DNA from: Mobula hypostoma
Lineage: Eukaryota
Reading direction: 5' to 3'
Length of the DNA: 64,000 nucleotides
Assembly (NCBI RefSeq): GCF_963921235.1
Contig: NC_086108.1
Location: forward strand, 49,168,001 to 49,232,000
Below, one piece after another: positions 50,142-62,340 of the stretch. The position numbers and the translations under genes are program-made. Under the pieces are notes generated by a model. The model was not told the DNA's origin. It saw nothing but the letters and a program-made list of their open reading frames with translations, and made no database searches. The number at the start of each line of letters is the position of its first letter. The stretch's first letter is position 1.

Positions 50142-51770
50142 CAGTGGCATGCAAAGGTTTGGGCACCCCTGGTCAAAATTTCTGTTACTGTGAATAGCTA
50201 AGTGAGTTAAAGATGACCTGATTTCCAAAAGGCATAAAGTTAAAGATGACACATTTCTTAAATATTTTAAGCAAGATTACTATTTTATTTCCATCTTTTA
50301 CAGTTTCAAAATAATAAAAAAGGAAAAGGGCCCGAAGCAAAAGTTTGGGCACCCTGCATGGTCAGTACTTAGTAACACCCCCTTTGACAAGTATCACAGC
50401 TTGTAAATGCTTTCTGTAGCCAGCTAAGAGTCTTTCAATTCTTGTTTGGGGGATTTTCGCCCATTCTTCCTTGCAAAAGGCTTATAGTTCTGTGAGATTC
50501 TTGGGCCGTCTTGCATGCACTGGTCTTTTGAGGTCTATCCACAGATTTTCGATGATGTTTAGGTCGGGGGACTGTGAGGGCCATGGCAAAACCTTCAGCT
50601 TCCACCTCTTGAGGTAGTTCATTGTGGATTTTGAGGTGTGGTTAGGGTTATTATCCTGTTGTAGAAGCCATCCTCTTTTCATCTTCAGCTTTTTTACAGA
50701 CAGTGTGATATTTGCTTCCCGAATTTGCTGGTATTTAATTGAATTCATTCTTCCCTCTACCAGTGAAATGTTCCCAGCGCCACTGGCTGCAACACAAGCC
50801 CAAAGCATGATCGATCCACCCCCACCCCAGTGCTTAACAGTTGGAGAGGTGTTCTTTTCATGAAATTTTGCACCCTTTTTTCTCCAAAGATACCTTTGCT
50901 CATTGCGGCCAGAAAGTTCGATTTTGACTTCAGTCCACAGGACTTGTTTCCAAATGCATCAGGCTTGTTTAGATGTTCCTTTGCAAACTTCTGATGCTGA
51001 ATTTTGTGGTGAGGATGCAGTAAAGGTTTTCTTCTGATGACTCTTCCATGAAGGTCATATTTGTGCAGGTGTCGCTGCACGGTAGAATAGCGCATCATCA
51101 CTCCAGAGTCTGCTAAATCTTCCTGAAGGTCTTTTGCAGTCAAACAGGGGTTTTGATTTGCCTTTACAGCAATCCTACGAGCAGTTCTCTCGGAAAGTTT
51201 TCTTGGTCTTCCAGACCTCAACTTGACCTCCACCGTTCCTGTTAACTGCCATTTCTTAATTACATTACGAACTGAGGAAACAGCTACCTGAAAAAATTTT
51301 GCTGTCTTCTTGTAGCCTTCTCCTGCTTTGTGGGCATCATTTATTTTAATTTTCAGAGTGCTAGGCAGCTGCTTAGAGGAGCCCATGGCTGCTGATTGTT
51401 GGGACAAGGTTTGAGGAGTCAGGGTATTTATAAACTTTGAAATTTGCATCACCTGGCCTTTCCTAACAGTGACTGTGAACAAGCCATAACCCTAACAAGC
51501 TAATTAAGGTCTGAGACCTTGGTAAAAGTTATCTGAGAACTTAAATCTCTTGGGGTGCCCAAACTTTTGTATGGTGCTCCTTTTCCTTTTTATTTCCCAC
51601 TCTAAAATTGTACAAAACAAAAATAATACACTAATCTTGCTTAAAATGTTGCAAAGAATGTTTCATCTTTAACTTTATGACCTTTGGAGATCAGTTCATC
51701 TTCTACTCACTTAACTATTCACGGTAACAGAAATTTTGACCAGGGATGCCCAGATGTTTGCATGCCGCTG
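50142..51770 (-). mobile_element. Full-length Tc1 DNA transposon (1629 bp, IR/DR type)
   Basis: TA TSD on both sides (50140-50141, 51771-51772) and ~215-bp TIRs beginning CAGTGGCATGCAAA, each with an internal direct repeat AAAAGTTTGGGCACCC. Confidence 0.95.
50362..51386 (-). pseudogene. Tc1 DD34E transposase, disrupted
   Basis: MGSSKQL..GEGYKK..RSGRPRKLS..RRKPLL; LQQDNNPNH..WPSQSPDLNIIENLW..TKY*. Frameshifts near 50810-50960 and a premature TAA at 50482-50484. Confidence 0.92.
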
Positions 51771-53554
51771 TACATTACTATAGGGATAGCAATGAAGTGC
51801 ATTAATTGTATTTTAGTAAATCATCATTACATTTACAACATGCAAAGGAAGGACTATCATTGTTTCTCATGACTGCCAAAATCAACCTAGTTTTTCAATT
51901 GATGGAGAAACGTACATAATGTTGTAACTCCCTACCACTTTCTCCATGCATTATAAACAAAATTGCCATTGTTTTTTCTCTATTCTCCTACTCTTCATGG
52001 ATTCCAAAATAATCAATTAGTCATTGTACATTTTGGAATATCCAAAGACCAGTGAAAGACACTAAATAGTTCCAAATCTTGCTTATCTAAGCTATTGATA
52101 TGTTAGTATATCTTTATCTAGTGTAGTTAGTTGAAAAAATAAATATATGTGCATTAAAAATCTTTGTATCTTTTATATTCCCTGCTGCAGGAGAAGCTTA
52201 CTATCATGTTTGGGCTGATGTTAGTATGAGGCAGTTTTACTACTTGGTTTTGCCAGTTCTCTATTCCTTGACAGCATGTAACTGATTTAATTTCCCCACT
52301 CAGATGCTTTGGGCAATTTATGCTTGAGCATACTTCACACTTTATTTGTAGATGATATCCATTTCTGTATCAGTTTTGCAAATGATAAATCCAGTCTGTT
52401 CCAGTAACAGTTATGGCATAAAAATATTGGATCAAAATGAGCAAAAATATTCCAGTCGCTCAACCAGACTAAAAGCCTTCAACGCTGAGTGGTAACTTGC
52501 CCTATTACTTATGATCTGTTTTAGCTTTGTCAAATGATAGGAGCTACTAAAACTAGTTCTTAATTTTTGTTGGGCTGACTGCTTTGAAACAGGAAAAAGT
52601 TGTCTTCCACACAATTCCTTTAAAGCTTTTCCTCTTGTACCCCTCCAATTATAAAAGCCGCAATGCTGTTATTAAGAAACTACCATGTTTTATTGAACTG
52701 GCGTAGTTTTTAAAGTGCCCAAAGCAAGTCTTATCTTGCCTGTCTCACAATTCTAAATAAGGTGTTGTAGTTGTTCAACTGAATTCCTGAGCACTTCCCT
52801 GTCCTTGAAAGGACATTTGATTACTTCAGTTGTACATAGTATGCTGAGTACATTTGACATAGGACCCCAAGCCAACAGAATATAATGAAAAAAGAATGCA
52901 AAATGAATTTGACCTCAACTAAACTGATTCATATTGCAACTTTATCTAAATTCATACTGAAAATTTCTTGTATTTACCTTAAAATGCACTGCTCCTTGAT
53001 CTCTTCAAAAATGTCTTTCTTAAAATTATACAACTATGGTGCTCTTTTTTTTCCATGAACAGTTATGTTGCTGTGACATGATTGAAATACATTGCTCCAA
53101 GCACCCCATTTGTAAAACGTGTTTAATTAGTTCAATTCATCAACAGGAACACGAGTGAGATTACTCATTTTTGTTTCAGGTCTTTTGTGTATGTTTATTG
53201 TTAACAACCATGTGTTGTTTATGGTATGATTGTCTCATCCCTCCAAACCAACCAAGAACCTTAATCAGGAAATGAGGATGAGGATGGAATCAAAAGTGTG
53301 GAGGTCCTGGCATGGGACCTCTGGCAGCACAGTTTGGAGTTTTTGATGGGGGTGGCGGGGGGGAGGTGTAGAAAAGTTATTTTTATTTTATCCCACTGTA
53401 TGCATTTGTGGTCATGGTGGGGAATAGGAGGAGGCTGCTATTGGAGAAATGTTTAATTACACATTTTCCTAGTCAAGTGGCTGTGTTAATGTGTTGCAAG
53501 TTTCAGCATTTGAATAATGCATTGTGCTTCAGTGGGTGTGTTCTCTTGACATTC

Positions 53555-54522
53555 ACTTTGAATTGACTTTATTTCTTACATCCTTCACATACATGAGGAG
53601 TAAAAATCTTTACGTTACGTCTCCATCTAAATGTGCAATCATAGTAATTTATAATAAATAGAACAGTCAATGTAATATAGAGTAGGCTCAAATCAACGTC
53701 AGTTCATCAGTCTGATGGCCTGGTGGAAGAAGCTGTCCCAGAGCCTGTTGGTCCTGGCTTTTATGCTGTGGTACTGCTTCTTGGATGGTAGCAGCTGGAA
53801 TAGATTGTGGTTGGGATGACCTGGGTCCCTAATGATCCTATGCGCCCTTTTTACACACCTGTCCTTGTAATGTCCTGAATAATGGGAAGTTCACACCTAC
53901 AGATGCGCTAGGCTGTCTGCATCACTCTTAGCAGAGTCCTGCGATTAAGGGAGGTACAGTTCCCATACCAGTCAGTGATGCAGCCAGTCAGGATGCTCTC
54001 AATTGTGCCCCTGTAGAAAGTTCTTGGGATTTGGGGACCCATTTCCTCAGCTGTCTGAGGTGAAAGAGGTGCTGTTGTGCCTTTTTCATCACACAGCTGG
54101 TGTGCACAGAACATGTGAGGTCCTCGGTGATGTGGATGCCAAGGAACTTGGGAGCTGTTTACCCTCTCAACCCCAGATCCATTGATGTCAATAGGGGTTA
54201 GCCCGTCTCCATTCCTCCTGTAATCCACAACCAGCTCCTTTGTTTTTGCGACATTGAGGGAGGTTGTTTTCTTGACACCACTGTGTCAGAGAGATGACTT
54301 CTTCCTTGTAGGCCACTTTGTTATTGTTTGAGATAACGCCAATCAGTGTAGTGTTATCAGCAAATTTAATTAGCAGATTGGAGCTGTGAGTGGCGATACA
54401 GCCATGGGTATACAGGGACTAAAGGAGGGGTCTCAGTATGCAGCCCTGAGGGGCTCCTGTATAGAGATTCAGAGGGTTGGAAGTGGGGGAACCCATTCTT
54501 ACAACCTGCTGGCGATCTGACA
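53555..54522 (-). mobile_element. Rex1/Babar-type LINE 3' fragment
   Basis: ORF 53908-54228 (PIDINGSGVERVNS..FYRGTIESILTGCITDWYGNC) and upstream GAPQGC..ADNTT RT motifs. Confidence 0.85.
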
Positions 54523-54524
54523 CT

Positions 54525-54830
54525 TTCAGAGAGTGTGGAGGAAGATGCAAGGGCCCTTATCTTGTTTCATCATAAGTCGCTGCATAATGGGGGACTGTGA
54601 TCTATGGGCTGTTCCAGGGTCACACACTGAGACAGACTTCAACTCCTGCTGAAGGATTATTAATTCTCTGAAAGATGCTTTTTGGTTTGGTTGAAACTTG
54701 GCCTTCCAGCGCAGTGATATGTCCGTAAGGGAAGGTGCATTCCAGGCCAAAGGAGTACATGCTGAGCGATACACCGAAGCTTGGTCTAGTGAATGCAAAG
54801 GTTCCATGGAGAAGGACCACTGGTAGAGAG
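54525..54830 (+). mobile_element. Tx1-clade (L1-like) LINE ORF2 C-terminal remnant
   Basis: Translation IYGLFQGHTLR / GSHTETDFNSC*RIINSLKDAFW resembles the fish Tx1 C-terminus as I recall it (IYGLFPGTHTET....W..INSVKDALW). Confidence 0.6.
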
Positions 54831-57800
54831 CTGAATCAGCTGGGGGATGCCCCTTAGACATTGAAATGGTGCATAACCGTAGGAGACCATGTGTGGAATT
54901 GGTGCTGTGGCTTAAAAAAAATGTTAACGCAACTGAATATGTAGACCATGTGACACGAAGAATGTAAAAGGTTTTGCACCGTATTCTTTTGTATATATTC
55001 TATGAGTATAGTTTATTTTTCAGATTTAAAGAAGGAGCTCAGCTCAAAAATGGGGTTATGTTCCATGGGTATTTGTTGGTATCTCACCCTCATATCAGCT
55101 CTTTGCGTGAGATTCAAACAATAATAACATAGTCAATTTAGTGTAAGTTTTTAGGTCTGTTAGACTCTACTGCAATCCTTCAATTTTTTTTTCCTTCAGG
55201 TAAACTCCCATACCTACATATGCAGGCAATCAATCCATCAGTGTATCAGATTGGTTGACTTTTCCATTCCCATCCTCTTGTTCATTGACAATATCACCTT
55301 TAAATATGTCTCTTCATCTCTAACTACCCATCTCTCTCTGTACTTTTTACTTCCTGCAATTTCCATTCTCAGAATAAACACTACCAGAATTATTTAAGCT
55401 GCTCCTTTGTGTCCCCAACCTTTTGGCCTTTTATTTTCCATGGTTAGCTGCAGTATCAGAGAACTAACCTTTGTGTCAAATATGTGCATGCCAGTTTTGA
55501 TACTGCAGTTTTGATCTTGATACTGCATTTAGGGATATTTCAGACTGATGAGCTACAATATGCTTGAGTTCCTCATGTCTAGTGCCAATTCCAAACATAT
55601 TTCTGTTCATCAGTCTGAAATATCCCTTGCCCAGCTGCTGTACTGTAAGCCCTTTTGCTATGAAGATAATCATACTGAAAAGTCCACTGAAGGACATGTA
55701 CATGAAAATGCTTTGAATATGATGCTTTATTTCCAGCCAAATGACTAAAAAAAACTCATTTACTTATGACCGTGATGTTTATACATCCTATCCAGTCTAT
55801 GCTGGCTCCCTTGCAGATCAATCTCATTCTCCCTTTTATGTCCCTGTAATTTTGCAGTTTATTCTCTTTTAGAAGTCTGCTAATTCTCATTTGATTCATT
55901 TGTTACTTAGCTACACTAGAGGTAATTTATAGTAGCTAATTAATCTACCAGTGTTTGGCATGTGGGTGGGGACTGCTACAGATTTGGTTGCAAGGAGAAA
56001 GTGCAAACTCCAGAGTAAACTTGGATTCCAGAACCTCTGAGCCCACAGTGATAGCTGCTGTGGTACCCAATACATAAGCGTAGGACTGGGTCATTTGTGC
56101 CATTCAATTGGATCATAACATTTCAGTCTTTATTTCCTTGCCTGTTCCCTATAATCTAGAATTCCACTAAAGTGCAAAGAATTGTCTTTTTAATTAATCC
56201 TTAAATAAATTGAGTGACTCAATCTTCGTAGCATTCTGTGATTAGAGAATGCCAAAGACTTGTGACATACCATGACAAAGAAACTTTTCCACATTTCTGC
56301 CTTAAATGGATGGGAATGGGAAAGTCAACCAATATGATAACATTGATCTTTAGTCGCTTATTTGGAAATAATGTCTCCAGTTCGAGATTTGCCAACCAGG
56401 GGAAATATCCTCTATCTGCTCTTTTTAACAAGTTTCCATAATATCTTAAAACATAGCTTATTCCTGAATAGCGTGTATTTTTCTGACATTTGATCTATTC
56501 CTGTATGGGAATCTTGGCAACTTTTTATTTTACCAGCTTTAAACTACTGACACTTAAAATCAGTGCAAACACTTCATTTTGATCGAACTTTTTTTTCCCT
56601 GTCTTTTTTCCAGATACTGTAAGCAAAGTAGTATCTCTATATTTTAATTATCTGTTCCTTGGCTGAGAATTATCTTGCAAATATTCCAAGATTTCTGATT
56701 GATGGTGCCTTTAATCATTTAAAGCTGATTTAAACTAAGTTAATTTTAATGTTGGTGTAGAGAGTTCAAAAATAATCAGTTTATATGGAAACCTGAAGGT
56801 GCTGTGGATTGAGCAGTAACACTTGTTCCTCCTTTCATTGGAAGTCATTCCATTCTTTTGACTCTTGCAATTCAAACTTATAAACGTCCCTTTGTCACAC
56901 TGAATGTGTGAACAACATTGCTTTGCTTTTCATTGCTTTGAAGTTGTGTTAAAACCACTGGAATTTTCAGCTTTTGCTTTTCTTCTGTACTTAGCAAGTT
57001 AGTGAATGATTTGAGGGTCTTTTGTTTGTGCTTTAGCAGTAGTTGGAAATGCAGTAGACAGTTGGTGTCTGCTATGTGTCCTTCGAAATCAAGTTTTAAA
57101 AAAAGCAGAGTGTGGGAACTGAATTGCTTCTGCAAACACCAATGCAATAATTAACTTGGGCACTAAGCATGTGTTAGTATTAGGAGCAGTGCTTAGATGT
57201 GACCTCCAAATATACTTCAAAAACACCTATAGTTTTTTTTGATGTTTTCCAGGTGCTGCAAGTTGAACCTGGCATGTGTATAATGTGGCCAAATAAACTG
57301 AGATTTAAAGCCACCATTTTCACATTTGCACTCGCCCTGCAGAAAAGCAACTATCCTAGAATTATTTTGATTGTGCGAAATGTACATTTTGGTATAGAAC
57401 TCTTTTATTCTTTCATCATTAAGTACCACACCTCTCAGGTCCACAAAATAATGGACAGCTAAAATTTGAACATTGATAATAAAACAACGGTTATCTTTTA
57501 GGAATCTTGACCAGAAGTAATACCTAATAGTTCTTTTCTGCTGTTTTTTGTTCTATATTATCATCTATTGCATTGTACTTCTGCCGCGAAGTTAACAAAT
57601 TTCACTACGTATGCTGGTGATATTGAACCCGACACTGATGCTTCATTTCTTTGTTGATGATTTTAAACTCATTTGACTTTGGGATGGGTGCCAGCGAAAA
57701 GGTGAAAGATACACAGGATGGTGTATGGTTAGTAGTACAGCAAGTTGTGGCATGGCCGTAGATATTATTGGCCTAAAAAAATAGGTGATGATGCAGGGAT

Positions 57801-58425
57801 AATTGTGTATGTAAGACACATGAAGTATAAATAACCACATGTTATTGTGATGATATATTAATGGTGCTCAGCTTCATAAATACTAGGATTGGGTGCTACC
57901 TATTCCTGTGCATAGGTGCTTGGGGGAAGTTGGGAATGAAACGAGGCTTCAAAGGAGAATATGCAAGAGATGATGTCCTGGAATGATCAAAGACTGAATT
58001 ATTCAAGAAACAACTAGGTGCTATTACATTACTAGGATTCAGTAGATGCCAACTAATGGTAAAAACAGAAAGAGCGAACCTACAGGGAAGTTACAGAGAT
58101 GTGCAAATTAATGGAAGAATGTAGAGAAAATTCATTCTGAATTATATTTACTAAGAATTCACAGTGAATAAAGTATGTACTTAAAAAAAATCTCTTAATA
58201 TACCCAAGTAAAAATAATGGAAGAAAATCTGAAAGGACTTTTCAGACGTGTTCAGGAGATTTTTTTTTGACAGATGCAGTTCTGTGGTATTGCTGGAATT
58301 AAATCTGTCTGAGATGGGGCCCCAGTGGAGAACATTTTGGGAACAGTAATTATTTCAAAAGATTTGGAATACCCACGGAAAAGGAGTTAGACTATTCCAA
58401 AATAAAAATAATTCCATTGGATGTA

Positions 58426-58687
58426 GGGCAGTGTGGTAGTATAGTGACCTGGATTCAATTCCTGCCACTGCTTGTAAGGAGTTTGTATGTTGTCCCCATG
58501 TCTGTGTGGGTTTCCTCTGGGTGCTCCGGTTTCCTCCCACATTCCAGAAAGGTACCAGTCAGTAGGTTAATTGGTCATTGCAAATTGTTCCGCAGTTAGG
58601 CTAGGGTTAAATCGGGAGATTGCTGGTCGGCATAGCTTGAAGGGCGGAAGGGCATATTCCACGCTGGCTCTCAGTTAATAAAATAAA
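58426..58687 (+). mobile_element. V-SINE (HE1-like tRNA-derived SINE)
   Basis: tRNA-like head with B-box-like ggattcaattcc, V-domain GGGTTTCCTCTGGGTGCTCCGGTTTCCTCCCACA, and a (TAAA)n-like tail. Confidence 0.8.
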
Positions 58688-58699
58688 TGTAGAACATTT

Positions 58700-60110
58700 A
58701 CCATAGATTGGAATGTAGCAAATGTAACCCTATTTAAGAAATCGGGGAGAGAGGAAGCAGGGAACCTTAGACCACTAGGCTTGACATCAGTTCTGAAAAA
58801 TGCTGGAATTTGCTGTTAAGGAAATGGTAATTAAAAGATAAAGTATGATTGGGCAGAGTCAACCTGATTTTGTGAAAGGGAAATCTGGGGTATTTGGAGG
58901 TTGCAGCTAGTTGTTGTGCTATTTTGAATTCGGAAGAGATTTGATGAGGTGCAATCCAAGGACTAAATAAAGGTGGAGTTCATAGCAGTGGTGGTAATAT
59001 ATTGGGGTGGATTGAGGGTTGGTTAATGGGCAGAAAACGGCAGGAATGAATGTATCATTTCTGGGTTGGGATGTTTGATTAATGAGATGTGATAGAGATA
59101 TTTGCTTTCCCTCTGACTTGATGTTAATGATTTGGGTTATTAAATCATTAACCCAAATCATTGTTAATTGATTAAAAATTGCACTAGAGTGCATGTGTAA
59201 TATTTCCAGTTTACAGATGATGCAAAGTTGAGTGATGGTATGGTTTGTGTGGATGATGTACAGAAGCCTCGTGAAGCAATTGTTAAATGAATGAGAAAGG
59301 GAATGGAAGATAAAATGTAATTTGGGGAAAAATAACATAATCTTCTTCAGTGGAAGTGGTAGAGATGCATAGTACTTTGTAAAATTGTGAGAGCTTAAAA
59401 AGTGCTGATGTTGAAAGGGTCCTGCGTGTCCTTCTACACAAAACATGAAGTGAACATCCAGATACACAAGTAATTAGGAGTGTTGGCCTTCATTGCAAGA
59501 GGATTTGAGGAGAAGTGTGTTTCTCCATCTATATGAGCCTGATGAGCCTACATTGGGAATTGGGCAAGATCTCCCTGAGATGCCATGTGTCAAACTAGTA
59601 AGTATGCAAATATTAAAACATCAGAGGTGTATATACAATATATCGGAGGGAGTGCAACAAAGGTTTGATAGATTCCTGGAATGACAGTTTTATCATATGA
59701 GTAGAATTTGAACAGACTGGGCCCATGCTTCCTTTGGTTTAGAAGCATAATGGGAACATTTATAGAAATGTACAAAATGTTTTTGGTACTTGACATGATT
59801 GCTCTTTTCCTTGGCATGTGTGCTGAGAATCAGGAATCACTGTCTTAAAGTAAAAGTCAATCATTCATGACAAGTGAGAACAATTTTCTTAACCAAGAGC
59901 AGGTTGAATCTTTGGAATTTGAGAGGGTAATGCAGGCTCATTTACTGATTATATACCAGTCTGAAATTCTCAGATTTTTAGATATGAAGTGAATCAAAGG
60001 ATATAGAGGTAGCACAGGGAAGTGTCACTGATGTGAGATAGCAACCATGTTCTTCCCCAATGGGATGATGTGTAGTGGTAGAATGACCTTATCCTTCATC
60101 TATTTCCTTT
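58700..60110 (+). mobile_element. Old CR1 LINE fragment (RT to 3' end)
   Basis: DWNVANVT.F.K..REEAGNLRPLGLTSV, FTDDAK and EGVQQRF motifs with many lesions. Confidence 0.72.
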
Positions 60111-60944
60111 CAGATCAATGAGCAGTTACCATATTGGTTTCCATGGGTAGTGGAACAGTTAACCATAATTCAGATTTAAATAATTCTAAAAAATATTTTC
60201 ATTGTAATTTAGTTCTATTAATGTTCAAATATCCTCCCCGAAAGACCAAAGTAATGCACGATAAATGTGTTCAAAAGGTACATTATTGAAAATGAATTCA
60301 GCATAGCATCAGATAGGCAATATCGAGCCTTTTGTTTTGTCTTGTGTTAAACCAGTAAAGATGCAGATACAGATCTCTAGAGGTGTGGGTACATTGTCAT
60401 TTCTTGTTGGAAACTGAGTCCAGGGAAGACTTTATTGTCACATGCATAAGCACTTATTTTAAGTGGCAACTGATCTGATTTAGAGCTTCATTGAATCCTG
60501 CAAATTTCCTAACTTTGTTGGAAAGTTCATGTGTATTATAGAGATATGAAATTCATATTTTGCTCTAGGAATTGTTATGAGCTTTATTATTAAATGGTTA
60601 AAATGTTACAAATCCCATAGACGTTTGGGGGTGTTGAAGTCTGCTTAAACCTTGTATAACACGGTAGCTTGTTACGAGAAAGGATACAGCTAATGGAAGT
60701 ACACTCTAGGCTACATCTCTCCAGATATAAATTTGTATAGGGAATGTTGTGCTTCAAAGCCATGTGAAGCTGTGCTGGAGAACAACTGGAGTTGTAGGCA
60801 ATGCTCCTTGGTGTAGTATCCTAGCTTTGAAAGTACTAGTACAGCAGAATACCACCAGAGCTTCGGAGAGTAGGGTACAAGGAGACCTGGTATGGAAACG
60901 CCAAAGCCCTTTAATGGTAAATCGTCCAGAAAGTAGGGGTATGG

Positions 60945-61393
60945 CCTGATCCATCAAGGGTAAAGTCCTTCCCACTATTGTCGCAGGAGAGCAGCAGCCA
61001 TCATCGGGGACTTCCACCACACAGGTCATGCTCTTTTCTTGCTGCTGCCATTAGGAAGAAGGTACAGGAGCCTCAGGACTCTCAACACCAGGTCCAGGAA
61101 CAGTTATTACCCTTCAACCATCAGGTTCTTGAACCAGAGAGGATAACTTCACTTACCCATCTTTGATTGTTCCCACAACCTATGGGCTCACTTTCAAGGA
61201 CTCTTTGTCATGTATTTGCAATGTTTATTATAATTTCTTATTTTTCTTTTGTATTTGCAAAGTTTGCTTTGCACACTGGTTGTCCACCCTGTTGGGTGTG
61301 GTCTTCCATTGGTTCTGTTAATGGTTATTGGATTTATCAGCATTGTATATGGTGACGTGTGTATTTTGATAATGAGTTTACTTTGAACTTTGA
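60945..61393 (+). mobile_element. Rex1-type 3' fragment
   Basis: AAAIIGDFHHTGHALFLLLPLGRRYRSLRTLNTRSRNSYYPSTIRFLN and tail actttgaactttg. Confidence 0.8.
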
Positions 61394-62149
61394 GATTTTA
61401 TACACATCGTCCCCATCTTAATGGCAAAGTTTCATTCCTGTAAACTATTCGTAACCCGAACAGTTGCGAGCAGCCAGCAAATTGGTATTGCCGGTTACCC
61501 AAATGCTCGTTTGTACATGCACGCTATAGATAATCAAATGTTTACAAGGTAGGCAAGGTAAATTTGTCTATTGGAGGAGAAGTGAATTATCTGATTTAGG
61601 GTTTCTCCCTGTGAAGTCCAGTGCAAACTTAAAATCCAGAGGAAGCCTATTCTGATGAGCAATTGAGAAACAGTTCTGCATGAAAAGGGGTAGGCATTTG
61701 GAAAACTTGCCCCCCTCAAAAAAGAGAAATTGCTGCTCTCAAATTAGTCACTTTAAATCTATAGTTGGCAAATTTTGATCAAGTCATCTATGAATAGCTT
61801 AACAACCTTTAAAAACTGAAAGATTTACTGTTGTTTGTAAACTCTATCTCAGAACAAAAGATTTTAAAATCAACAAATTATCATTGGGACAAATGGTCTT
61901 TTCTGTCTTCTCAATACTCCTTGACAATACCAGATTCTGTACAGATAAAAATTGCATTGTTCACCATACCAAATATATCGAAGCAATATGTCCCAGATCA
62001 GAAAGTGATTCGTTTATACTATATGCTGTATAGTTTGGAAATTGGTAGTGATTTGTGTGCACTGTGATCTTGCAGAGTGAAATTAGTAAAATGGTAACAG
62101 GAGTGAATGTATTTAGTGAATGTCTGTAGCCCAGCCCAATCTTCGCTGA

Positions 62150-62340
62150 TTTGATTTCAAAGTTTCAAAGTGCATTTATTGTTAAGAACATACAAGTGAT
62201 ACACCCTTGATATTTGTGTACTCACAGACAGTCGCAAAGCAAGGAACCGAAAAGAACCCAATTAAAAACAGACCACTCCCCTCCCCCCCACTGTGCCCAC
62301 AAAGGATGAAAAAACACACAAGACAAATCATATAAACAAT
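62150..62340 (-). mobile_element. LINE (Rex1-type) 3'UTR tail fragment
   Basis: ttcaaagtttcaaagtgcatttatt.. reverse tail, as in other Rex1 ends in this window. Confidence 0.45.

Noticed and set aside
58919..59467. 182-aa minus-strand ORF
   Set aside because: Antisense to a decayed CR1, low-complexity translation with no domain.
60620..60945. Non-repetitive-looking stretch with overlapping ORFs containing RFHTR and RPES, reminiscent of lamc1 exon 2 (KFHTSRPES)
   Set aside because: The two motifs are on opposite strands, with no surrounding similarity and no convincing splice sites; judged coincidental.
61400..61530. Possible Tigger-like terminal remnant (gtccccatctta..ttcgtaacccgaac); a similar weak palindrome occurs at ~25125-25200
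   Set aside because: No matching second terminus or TSD found; too degenerate to call.
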